64,000 bases of DNA from contig MU058781.1 in assembly GCA_013265495.1 (NCBI GenBank), positions 9,777,009-9,841,008 of the forward strand, given 5' to 3'. Shown here in pieces: positions 28,615 to 40,259 of this stretch. This stretch comes from Vicugna vicugna (taxonomy: Eukaryota). Both the position numbers and the translations under genes were made by a program. How positions within the stretch are numbered: position 1 is the first letter of the stretch; every line of letters starts with the position of its first letter. A model generated the notes under the pieces. That model saw only the letters and a list, made by a program, of their open reading frames with translations, had not been told where the DNA came from and did no database searches.

Positions 28615-28800
28615 CATCTTCATGAATAGATTTAATCAGGCATTCCCTTCCTTTTGCCCGTCATCTATTTTCGTCATTGAGATTACCCCCATAATTTCAA
28701 ACATCGAATGGTATTTTATTTCTTATTCATATTCAGGAAGACATACTGGCCAGAAATGAACATCTTGGAAGGATTTTGATTAATTAGACCGAAAGGAAAT
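28615..28800 (-). promoter_or_regulatory. PRL: PRL proximal pituitary promoter: Pit-1 (POU1F1) sites, TGACG CRE-like half-sites, Pitx-type TAATCT, Ets/Pit-1 composite element
   Basis: Minus strand CCTGATTAAATCTATTCATGAA (~28619-28640), CCTGAATATGAATAAG (~28721-28736) and CTAATTAATCAAAAT next to GGAA (28795-28798); TGACG at 28659-28663 and 28672-28676. Confidence 0.85.
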
Positions 28801-29639
28801 GAGAGAGATAATGAAGGTGAGATCTGGAGACTAGTTTGGGTTGGAGGACCTGTAAAATCACAGAAGTCATATACTTTAAAATTTACTTTTATGCCTCTGC
28901 AGTTTCTTAAATATAGCATTATTTCTCACTAAGGTGTCTCATGTATTATCAAAGGGTATTCTTTTTTTCACCCACTATTGCTGGGTGAAGTCAAGATTTC
29001 AAAACTTACACAGGGAATACCCCGAAATACAGAATAAGGATGAGTAAGTTTTTCAGTTCCTGTTACATACTCAATATATTTCCCTTATTTTTTCTTGATC
29101 TTACACACTCGGTTTTGGCCTTTTAAAAATGACATATCTGTATGGTAAAACGTACATTTTCATTTGTTTATCTCTTTCGATTTTAACATATATGTAAAGT
29201 TATATTTTCATCCCCAGTTTACAGATTGAAAAATGGAGGATCGGAGCGATTGAATGTCAAGGATATAGAAGTAATTAGTCAGGTTAGATGCTGAAAGGAT
29301 TATTGTTTCGAGAGAAATGAGGAGGAGTGTGAAGAAGGCTGATAAATGCATCCTTTAACACACATTGCCACCTCATCTAAGATGAACAAAAACATCACCC
29401 TTGAGGTTAGGGGATCTAATCTGGGAAGTGACTCGGTGATTTTTCAAGGGCAAACACACATGCATCCTGGCACATAATGCAGTAAAACAAAGTTCCTGGC
29501 AGTCATTTCCACTTCCCTCACAGATAGGGGTGGGCAAACTGTTAGTAACTTACAATCGCTTTATTTCTCCGACCTTGAGCCACTCTAGAGCCAAGATTGC
29601 AAAAATTCATCTTTCATGGGCTCAAAAGTTCCACTTGCC

Positions 29640-30100
29640 TTTTAGAGATTTCCTGAATGGAATGACTGTAATGAATACAAACTAAGCTGCTGACGACTTT
29701 CTCTAATTTTTAAGTCTCTGCATCTAAAGCAGACTGTGACCTTTAGTTTCAGTGTTGCCATATGTCTCTTATGGTAAACTGACAGGTGAGGTAATTTTTT
29801 TTTAAAAAAATGTCTTTCTATGGCATTTACTTTCTCCATAGTTGCTACTGCTGCATTTGTGCTTTGGCAATTACCTGACTCAGTGCTCTTATGGGGACTT
29901 AAAAATCTCAACAAAGACTAACATCACTCAAAAACTACCTTCTTAATTGCCTTAGCTGAAGCAGTATTAGATTTTGAATCATATGACTCAAGCGCGATGG
30001 TACAGGCTCTGTCAACCTAAAGCTGGGGGAGGAGTCCATAGGCTTATGCTAGGTATTCATTTCCCACCCCCCACAAAGTATGAATGATGAAGACAGCAGT
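29640..30100. promoter_or_regulatory. Candidate PRL distal enhancer
   Basis: 1.1-1.5 kb upstream of the TSS. Pit-1 cores ATGAATA (29671-29677) and TATTCAT (30054-30060), AP-1 TGACTCA (29984-29990), nuclear-receptor site AAAGGTCA on minus (29737-29744). Motif and position evidence only. Confidence 0.45.
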
Positions 30101-31005
30101 GCCATGTGTTAGAGATTAATGCCACCCTACGTTTCCCTCCTCTCCTAGAAACTTCAGGGTAAGGAAACCTGCCACAAGAACTGATGACTTAATCTTAAAA
30201 TTTAAAGGTGCTGCAGCTTTTGTAGCTAGCCAGGAAAAGAGTCATCTAAGAAAACCTGAGTTGTGTTTATTCAGTAGAGGCGAATTGATTTATTTGGCTC
30301 CAAAGAGGTACATGTTTCTCTGTAAAAATTTCTTGTGTGGTACCTTGCTGCTTCACAACCCCATATTTTCTGTTTAAGGAATATTGCAATATCTAAATAA
30401 TGCAAAAGACATGTTTTATGTAAAAGTCATAGTTGTCCTGTATTTTCTCCCCACACGTTACCCCCTTTTCACCTTAGTTTTCATATGTGCTCTTTTGCAG
30501 ATCTTTCTCTTCATCAAAACCTGCCCTCAGTTTAGAGCAATCAAGAAATTCACAGAATGGACATGTCCATTTCCATTTATGAAAATTCACTTGTTGCCGT
30601 TTTTTGTTTGAGGGTTTAGGATTAAATGTGGTTTTCTGTCGATTAGCTGAGTAAATAGCTCAAATGATGTGAGAGGCTCCATGATATTTTTAGTACCTGA
30701 AACTAATAAACAGGTTTGTCATCCTTTCTAAAGGGCTCTAATTTTTAACACTAAGTAGCAGAAGTTTGGATTTCATTCCTAACTAGGAGCGAAGCTGGTT
30801 TGTTCTTTATGTTTTCTTTTGTTTATCTGTTTTTAAGTTTGAAATAATATTTTTTTCTTCCATCATTAGTGATGCAAAAATACTTAAAATACTTGACATG
30901 ACTTGAAAAATGTCTACTGCATGAAATTTAAAAATGACTAAAGGCATAATGCTTATGGATTTAAAATTGTAAACCTCGGGTTAATAGATCAGATAGGATA
31001 TGTGT

Positions 31006-31250
31006 ATTTTTTAATTTTTTTATTGTGTTATAGTCATTTTACAATCTTGTGTCTAATTGCAGTGTAGAGCACAATTTTTCAGTTACACATGTACATAAGT
31101 ATATTCATTGTCATATTTTTTTTTGCTGAGAGCTACCACAAGATCTTGTACACACTTCCCTGTGCTATACAGTGTAATCTTGTTTATCTATTCTGCATAT
31201 GCCTGTCAGTATCTACAAATTTTGAAATCCCAGTCTGTCCCTCCCCCCCC
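31006..31250 (-). mobile_element. 5'-truncated lineage-specific L1 3' end with TSD
   Basis: PolyT head, artiodactyl-type L1 3'UTR (TTCCCTGTGCTATACAGT..CTTGTTTATCTATT), flanked by ATATGTGT at 30998-31005 and 31251-31258. Confidence 0.8.
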
Positions 31251-31881
31251 ATATGTGTTGTTTTTAACATAAAGTATCAGAAAATGCAAAAGGCAAAAGG
31301 CACGTTGCAGAAAAGATGATCACAATGTGGCTTTCTGGAATTACACTGTTTTCAGGATAAACAAAAGTAATGATTTGATTACATTCTAACATTTACATTA
31401 ACTTATGCATATTATGGTATACATTTCCCCCTCCTAAGTTCAGTGCTTATCTCTTGCTAGGACTTTGCAAATCATCAACTTCCCTAAGTGACTCCAGAAC
31501 CCAAGTTCTTAATCTGTCAGCAGTGTCTTGAAGGCATTTGCTCCTTATATAAGAAAGCAATAGTGGAAGCATTGGGAAATTTCTCCTGTAATTTCTTTTT
31601 TCTTTTTCTCACTAATAAGATATTCATATCCTCTGATCTAGTTCTGTGAGTTCTCTGTGTTAGCTTAGCCCATGAGTTTCTATCACATGCTTGTTTTGAA
31701 CCATCTGTACCTTTGGACAAATTTTAATGCCTGCTATAAGACAATGCCAGATCCAAGGATGATGTGTCTTTGAGATTACATTTATTTTTCAAGCAAAAGC
31801 ATCAAATATTTCGCTATTTACTGATGCTGAGTGTTGCAGATAATAACTTACCTTGTAAAAGATTCTTGATGTTTCTGTATT

Positions 31882-31888
31882 GTGTGTA

Positions 31889-31923
<35 letters not shown>
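31882..31923 (+). repeat. (TG)n microsatellite about 3.3 kb upstream of the PRL TSS
   Basis: Directly visible. Confidence 0.95.
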
Positions 31924-31925
<2 letters not shown>

Positions 31926-32769
31926 CTGGAGGGTAAGGGGGTTTATTCTTTGCCTAATGGGAAGTAGATCTGAAGCATGCTCACGTCCAGTGAGAGGGAG
32001 AGATTGATTGTCTGATAGGAAATGGGACTCTGAGCCATGTCTTCTTCAAGGGATACTTTTATATTTTATAATTATCACAGGCACCACCAAACAGAACAGA
32101 AAGCTTTAGCAATAGACCAGTGTCCTTGAGGTTCCTGGAACCGACAGGCATCAGTTCTTTAATTGTTCCATTGTCATGAGACAGTGGGGGTCCCAGAGGA
32201 GGGGCTGGAGCCTTCAGGAGGAGTCAGGGAAACAAATCTGTGTGTATCCTGAGACAAGTATTTGGATGTTGCGATAACTCATAGAGCCATACGTGTGCTG
32301 ACGCACTGTCACCCCAGCCTTTCTCCACTCTTCATCTTTCTCAATATAATGAGCAAATTCAGATTGAGAAATAGAGCAGGTTCTTCACAGGAAGTAATAT
32401 CCTCTGGTTCCAGTCTGCACTCCCATCATCCTCCAATACATTTTTCTATTAGAACATGTCTAAAATATCTTAGCTGTGACATGTCCATCTATCTTTTTCC
32501 TTACTTATTCATTAAGTGCATCATGGCTTACTAGTGTAATATATGTGCTGATATTCAGGGATTAACTAAAGTGACAACTGTTGGCAAAACTCTATCATTT
32601 GGGGTTGAAATATAAATAATTATTTGATGGAATGCTCTGTTGATGAAAGGAAATATATGTATGTGTGTATAGATATATATAGTATGTAAATACAAAGTGT
32701 GTGTATGTATATACTTTATACTCTATATATCTATGTATGTAGATGATGGGTAGATATATACTAGGATAT

Positions 32770-33960
32770 ATATAAAATATATGTTTTCAAACTGTAGGGG
32801 AAAGTAAAGGTACAAGGTGATGATGAGGATTTATGAGATAAGGACACCACAGAATCTTGACTCTCCCTAACTCTAATAAAATGAGCAACCAAATAAGCTT
32901 TTTAAAAAGCTAGCAAAATTACGCCTCTGTCAAAGGTGGAAGGAGGTATGAGTGTATTATCTTTTTCATGTTTGAGAGCTGGTAAGCAGTAGTTCAGCTG
33001 ATTTTTTAAAAAATAAAAGATGTCAACACATGATGCAAAGTTACCTTCACAACCACTGGAAGATGGAGAACCAATTATAAACCTTTTAACTTCTCAGAAA
33101 AAGGAATATGACACACACACATACACACCCAGAGAAAATGTATTTTCCATTTAACAAAAGATAGAAAAGAAAGGAAACAGAAGCAATAAAAATATAAAAT
33201 TAGAGGTCAGAATAGAATCAAAACATCAAGCACTGTATAAATTTATTCATTAAAAGAAAAAAGTGACCGAGTTTCCCTAAAAGTGGCAAATCCCAATTAG
33301 ATGATATATCCCAACAAAAGAAGTGATACATCCAAAGCAGTTGTTTTCAAAGGTTGAGGAGTTAGGGGTTGATTCTGATCCCCCAGGGGACATTTGCCAA
33401 TGTCTGAAGACACCTTTGATTGTCATAACTGAAGGTGGGGGTGCTCCTGGCATCTACCGGATAGAGACCAGAGATGCTGCTGAATACCTTACCATACACA
33501 GCACAGTCCCCCAAACAAAATGTCATGCCATCCAAAACGTCAGTAACTCCAATGCTGAGAAACCTAATGTTGGGATCTAAAATGAAGTGGCTAAGAAAAG
33601 TTCAGGTGTAAGAACACAAAAACCACATCAAGCAAAATATTTTAAGTTGTTGGATTAATAAAACTACTAATAGGCAAGTTTCCATGTAAGGCAATAAGTG
33701 TGAAAGCAGAGGGTCATGCTCTGTAATATTGTGTACAACCAGCAGTGGAGACAAGGCTGTCAACAATCTTTTTGTGTATATTAATAGGACCCCAAACATA
33801 AAGCATGTACTAAGCAAATTCGAGCAGAAATTAACCGAGACACAGGAGTAGGAGATGATATGTGTGGATATATTTCAAACACCTGTGAAACGTCTATAGT
33901 AAATGATGTTATGTTTGGCCGTGATGAATATGTAACAGTTTTCTAAAAGTTAGAACACAG
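32770..33960 (+). mobile_element. Very old L1 (L1ME-like) fragments around the ORF2 start, interrupted by the MER20
   Basis: A-rich sense strand with degenerate L1-like phrases on both sides of the MER20. Confidence 0.4.
33338..33567 (+). mobile_element. MER20, near full length, about 4.8-5 kb upstream of the PRL TSS
   Basis: CAGTTGTTTTCAA..CCCCCAGGGGACATTTGCCAATGTCTGAAGACA..GGCATCTA..GATGCTGCTGAATA..GCTGAGAAACC follows the MER20 consensus along its length. Confidence 0.9.
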
Positions 33961-35784
33961 GGCAATAAAAATCTATTGGTAGTTCAGTTTTTGTTTTGCT
34001 TTCCCTTAATAGTCACCAGTGATTATTTAATTCCTGAATCTAAATAACTCTGATAATAACTCCTTTGCTGTCAACACTTCTTGACATTCAACCCTGCATT
34101 CTCCCCACTGGCTGTCATATTCAGTGTCATGACTTAACCTGTCATATCCATGAAGATGATCCAAACTCTATTTTTCTTTCCCTGACTTCTGAGCTGCCAT
34201 CTACTCTCTAGGCATTTCAAACAATATGTTTTGAACCAAGATATGCTGAATTATTACAAGAAAATCTTTAACTCTTCAGCTTTTCTCTTAAACGCCTCTT
34301 TTCACCCACACTTAACCTCTCAAAGTTGTGTTTGTTTCCTTTTCTTTTGTCTCCCTTGACTCACACTCAACCGGTTGGTATGTTGCAATTATTCTGCCTC
34401 TTTAACATCCATCAAATTTTCTCTGCTCCTCTCTCCAGGTTATCTTGACCTGGATATTTATAATAGCTTCTCTTCTATTTTCTCCTGATTATGTCCATTT
34501 CGATTTCAGTCTGTTCATCCATCGGGAACATTAGTCATCCTGAAGGGCAGCTTCTGAACAGTCTCCAGTTTGTCTGCATCGTAATGTTTGAGATTGGAGG
34601 AACCATAGAGTAAATCTAACCAAACACCTCATTTGACAGGTGAAGAAAATGTGGTAAACATAATTGATTATTGACAGAACTGGCACGGAGACTCCAGATC
34701 TTTTGCTTGCTGTACCGTTAACTACTTGAGCTCACTGAGTGTCTTCTACATCTGATAGTGAGCCTTGGTGAGGCGATACAGATGTGACCTTGAAGAAAAA
34801 TTGAGAAACATATTACTTCCAGAAAAAGTGTCAAGGTAATTGGGTTCCCAAAAAGAGAGGAGAGAGAAATAGTATGTTTTCAATACTTTGGAGCCTTTAA
34901 GGAAGCATTGCCACTGCCAAAGAGAATTTGAGTATGATTCGAAGTCATGTTATAAAACAATAATTTGTTCAAATATTTCTTAATGAATTATGTAGATAAG
35001 GAATGAAAAGCTATTAATTTTATTTCTTCTTCAAATTGGTCTTTGGTTTATCTGCCATTTTGGTCTCTAAGAATTCTTTTACTAATGTGAGTCTTGCATA
35101 TGTCATAAAATCTTCATTTAACTTTTTCACTTGTCAATTCTACATCATTAGTAGAATGAAAGTCAAAGAATTCTTGTAGATTAAAAAAAAACAAAAGGTT
35201 ATCTGTCGACCACTTGAGAGAAGCAATATTATTATTATCATTATAGGTGATGTGGCATTTGAATGTTCTCTCTTTTACAGGCCATTTTGTATTCCTACCT
35301 TATAAATTAACTTAGTAGATGAGAGATAGGGTGTTTCTTCCAGAAAGAGGCATTAATTTTATAGAGAAAGAAAGAAAAAGAATATAGCTATAAGTTTATG
35401 TTAATAACTGTAGAATAAGAGCTAGATTTTACTTTCAGCTGCACCTTAAAATAGGGGTAATAGTGTCCATTTGGATAAACAGAAAATTGTGGATGCATAT
35501 ATTGGAAACTGCTATGAAATTGTGAGACTGTTTTCATGTTTGGTTTATATAAAGCTTTCTCATTAAGGTCACATCAAGCATATAGGAACATGTATTTTAC
35601 CATTTACGAATATTTTTTGAAGATAAGTCTGTGAAGTAACTCTATCTTCCAAATTCTTGTCTACATGAAGTTGAAAAAAATGAAGTAATATTTATGTGAT
35701 TCAATCTAAGGAGAACTTTAATCTCAAAAATATCAAGACAGGAGGTTTCTTCCTGCTAATTTTTTCAAGCAATTTCAGTAAGTC

Positions 35785-35919
35785 CATTTGTCCCTTGGTA
35801 TCCACAAGGGATTGGTTCTAGGAGCCCTTGGGTGCAAAATCCACAGATGCTCAAATCCTTCCATAATGAGGCGTTTAGGACAGTTGGCTCTACATCGCTA
35901 GGTGTGGAGGGCTGACTGT
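35785..35919 (+). mobile_element. Short MER2-like Tigger MITE
   Basis: GTCCCTTGGTATCCAC..GATTGGTTCTAGGA..AAAATCCACAGATGCTCAA..GGAGGGCTGACTG followed by TA. Confidence 0.75.
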
Positions 35920-37544
35920 ATTCTTTGCATTTGCTTGTGTACATCTGTGTCTTATTTTTGTTCAGAACCTTTTAAATTTTTGCTTACATGTGAGCAAATT
36001 AGTTAAAAACAGCCAAAGTGTTTAGTAGGCTTTGTAGACTCTAAGCAACTGTTCGTGAAATCATTAATAATTTTTACTTTTCCAATACCTTGATGACATA
36101 CTGATGAACCAGTGTTTTTGTGCTCTGAGCAGAATTCTATAACTTGCACACTGATGAGTGTATTTTTTCCAGTACTACTTGAATATTTTAACTTTAAAAA
36201 TTCAGTAAGTCGCTTTTACTCACTGTATTTGGAGGACTGGCCATAGATGTGTGTGTCTGTTCTGAATTACTCAGATAATTGTCACAGTTTCACTGTGGAT
36301 CACAAAAATATGTTACACGAAATATATATTTTTATTTCTCATCAGTGTTTTAACATTTTTAGAAAGTATATCTTTAAAAAGATCACATGTAGCATTTCTA
36401 TTATATGAAATTATTTCTAGCAATACAACTCAAAAATTCTGTAAAAATGATGCCACTGGAGATTTCAGTGACTTAGCATGAAAGTCAAGGCTATGAAAGT
36501 GAAAATAAGGCAGCTCCAATGGATTTAAAATTTTTATATAACATGTATATAAAATAAAAGGTGAAAACTTAGGTCTAGATAGCATCTTATCACCCAAGTC
36601 CATTTCCACTGATAACCACTACTTCCTTCAAAGGTTAATTAACTCATAAACACACACCTGCAGAATATTTGAGTATTTAAAAAATTTGTTGAAGATGGAA
36701 TATACCTTCCTGTTTGGCCAATTCCTTAATGAATATATTTGCATTTAATAATAGCAGCCCACCTTTAGAGCTTTCCTGCTCATTTTCTCTGCCTTTATCC
36801 TAAGCAGCCAGATTTCCAAGGTTAAGACCAAAGGCTTTGTAAAATGTCATGGATTTGTCCTTGTCCAAAAAAAAAAAAACAAACTCAAAAGTCTTTTCCT
36901 GGAGTTTACTTCAGTGTCATCATAAGCATAGAAAACTTTATCATCCCCAACATAACACCAAAAATATGTTTTGTAATGTTATGAAATATTTTATTCTATA
37001 TATTCTCCCTTTTAACTAACACATTTTAGCACAGTTCATAAAAATGACATTAAAACTGCTTTACTTTCATTACAACCCCAAATTACAAGTTTGTATCTTA
37101 AGCCTTATCTTTTAGAAAGGCTTATGTCAGAGCAAACTCCAAGATTTAGGAGGGAAAAATATGCTTATTTCTTGGAAGAAATTGTATGTATGTCATTATT
37201 AAGAAATTATACAGACCTACGCATAAATCATTGAATAAGAAAGGACCATTGACTCCATTTCTGGCTTACTAAGAATGTACTTGTATGATTGTGATAGTTA
37301 CTTTATTACCAGATTTAAGGGATGTGATTTGTCATGGCTTATAGAGGTTCCTGATTTTTGCATGTTCTCTTCTGCTCATGAAGCTTACTTTCAGTTCTAT
37401 CTAATTCTGCCAAGGTATCATGAAATGAATAGGTCAAAGAACTCATTCGGAATAGTGATCTCTCTGTACAGGACTGATTTCATGATGCATTGAATAATGT
37501 TAAGAATATTCTTTGCATCTTTCATAAAAGAGACTATAGATGGT

Positions 37545-37990
37545 TGTTCTGATTATCTACTGCTGTGAGAAAATTACCCCCAGTTTAGTGGCTTGAACAA
37601 CTACAATCAGTGTATTATTTCTAAGGGTTCTTGCTTAGGATCTTTCATGCAGGTGGTAGGCAGGTGGTGGGTAGGACTACAGGCATCTCAAAAGCTTCCT
37701 CACTCAGATAGTTAATGCTGGATGTCCACAGGAACCTCAGAAGGGACTTTCCAGCAAAACATCTACTCATGGCCTCTTCATGTGGTCTGGGCTTCCTTAC
37801 ACTATGGAAGCTGGGTCGTAAGAGCAAGCATCCCAAGCCTTGGAAGTTTTTTAGCATCACTTCCTTCCTGTTCACCAGCGTGCCCGAATTCAAGGAGACT
37901 TCGGGGGTTGCCAGACAGTGACAGAATCTTTCGCTGGCCAAAAAAAACCTGTTTCTAAAACTATTTCTTATAACCTGAGACACAGTCATG
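37545..37990 (-). mobile_element. Old MLT1-type MaLR LTR
   Basis: ATCTACTGCTGTG..AAATTACCCC..TTTAGTGGCTT..GGGCTTCCTTACA motifs. Confidence 0.6.
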
Positions 37991-38035
37991 TGAAGAAATA
38001 AATATAAGAAACTTCATTTTGGTCTTTCCAGTCTA

Positions 38036-38237
38036 GATCAAAGGTCAGCAAACTTTTTCTTAAAGAGCTTGATGGTAAATCTTTTAGTCTTTGTCAGCCA
38101 ACAGGCAGAATCTAGGATATTTTGTGAATACTTATTAAACTACTTAAAAATATAAATAATTTTCTTATCTCATGGGCTGTATAAAAATAACTTGTTTGCT
38201 GGAGTTGGCATGCATGCTATAATTTGTCAGCCTCTGG
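38036..38237. mobile_element. MER58-like hAT-Charlie element
   Basis: Ends CAAAGGTCAGCAAACTTTTT ... AATTTGTCAGCCTCTG, both flanked by CTAGA. Confidence 0.65.
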
Positions 38238-39256
38238 CCTAGATCATTAGACAGTGGTACAAATCAAAAATTTAAAGCCTATGAATTATTTTTCATTTGG
38301 TCTTAAGAATGTGAAGATGTTAAAAATCTGACCTTACGTATGCACTGGTCACAGCAAATATTCTGCTTAATGCTTTCAATTTTAATTGCTGAGAATTACT
38401 GCAACACAGTTTGATGAGACTTTCAGAAAACCTGTCAATCAGTTGAAGTTATCAAACTAGTGTGGAAGTGAGTCCCAGCTATCAAGAGCAGAAAAATAAA
38501 GAGGAAAAAAAAAAAGTAAAAAAACAGTGTTCAGAAAATTCAGTTCCTTTTCTTTCTTCTTTCCTTTTTTCGATGGACCTTAAGTGGGTACAGAGGTAGA
38601 GATTATCCATTCTCTCACGATACATCACCAGTATTGCTCAGTGTATAGCTATCTCCATTATTTCTTTTTATCTGTCTGTCTGTCTGTCTTTCTACCTACC
38701 TACCATCCTTTTTTGTACTCCCTTTCTTTTCCTTTTCTGAGAAACAACCATTCTAACATGTTTATATGAATTAGTTTGAAAGTGTTTTTATTAGATGTGT
38801 ATTGTTAAGTAACCATCCATTTTAAATTTACCTAAAAGGTATGATTTTGGATTTTGTCTGATCTTTATCTTGATTTTTCTTCACTCAGTTGTATTTAGAA
38901 GATGCATTTAAGTTGCTATGTGTACATCTAGTCTATTGTTTCTAAGTCCTTTACAATACTTCCTTGAACCCTTCCACATTTGACTTATCCACTCTTGCAG
39001 ATTATACCTACTCCCTTCCCACTGTGAACAATATTGTGATAAATTGTTGTGTACTTGCCTTTATGTGAACTGGTGATAGGAAATTCTCTTCACAATAGAG
39101 TTGAAATTAGGAATCAAATTACTATTGTAACTAAATCAGTGCTTTACAGATCCCTTTGAGCTCTTAAAATTTGTCATAAAATGTAATTAATAACACACAC
39201 TGAATGTATTGAAAAGAAACAATGCAAAAAAAATTATTAAGGATTGTGATGCCAGT

Positions 39257-40128
39257 TCTCATTGGCCAAGACGGTGGAGTAGGAGGATTCTGAGCTCACC
39301 TCCTCCCATGGGGAACACCAAAATTACAACTATTTATACAGCAACTATCTATGAGAATGACCTGAAGACTAGCAGAAAAAAAATTTTCACAACTAAAGAT
39401 ACAAAGAAAGAGCTACAACAAGAAGGGTAGGAGGAGCAGGATGTGGTGTGGGCGAGACCACACCCCTGGGTAGGTGACCCGCAGTGGGAGGATAAGCACA
39501 GTTGCAGAGGTGCTCCCCAAGGAGTGAAGGGTCTGGCTCCATATCTGGCTCTCTAGCCCCAGTATCCTGCTCTGGGAAGATGAGCCCCCAGAATGGCCTT
39601 GACGGACAACAGGGCTTGCATATGGGAGGGCTGGAGGGCTGTAGGAAACGGAGACTCCACTCTAAAAGGGCATGTGCAAAATCTCTCCTGCTCTGAGGCC
39701 CAGCATGGAGGAAATAATTTGAAAGGCACTGGGTCAGACTCACTTGCTGATCTTGGAGAGCCTCTTGTGGAGGGAGGAGGCAATTGAGACGCCCCCTGGG
39801 GATATAGATGCTGGCAGCCATTTTGGGAACTTGTTCTACCACGAGGACACTGGTGCTGGCTGGCACCATTTTGAAGTCCCTGCTCGAGCCTGTTAGTGCT
39901 GGGGGCTCACCCACTGACCAGCAGGCTGGCACCAGTTCTGGGAGCCCCTCTACCCCACAGCCAGCAACTCCGGGTGTGCATGGTGACAGAGGGGCACTAG
40001 ACTGACTGTGGTGATCATTCTGAAATGTGTAAAAATATTGAATCACTGCTATACACCTGAAACTAACATAATTATAATGTAGTATAATTGTAAGTCAATT
40101 AAGTTGAGTATACTTCAATTAAAAATAA
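39257..40128 (+). mobile_element. Internally deleted L1 (5'UTR joined directly to 3' terminus) with decayed 14-bp TSD
   Basis: Starts CAAGACGGTGGAGTAGGAGG..GAGCTCACCTCCTCCCA (L1 5'UTR). From about 39983 it reads as an L1MA9/L1_Art-like 3' end (ACACCTGAAACTAACATA..TATACTTCAATTAAAAA). TSD at 39243-39256 and 40129-40142. Confidence 0.8.
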
Positions 40129-40259
40129 ATTGCAATACCAGTGATTATTCTGTTGGAACTAAATTTATTCACTTCCTTAGATTTGATTGAGGTGATAGTC
40201 ACTGTCTTGAAAATGAGTTATGATATTTGAGTTCTCTTAATATTTTAGTAGTTACTCTA

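Noticed and set aside
39393..40046. Longest ORF in the track (217 aa, minus strand); possible ORF0-like antisense L1 ORF
   Set aside because: It starts at a GTG inside the L1 3' fragment and runs through GC-rich 5'UTR where stops are scarce; no recognisable domain.
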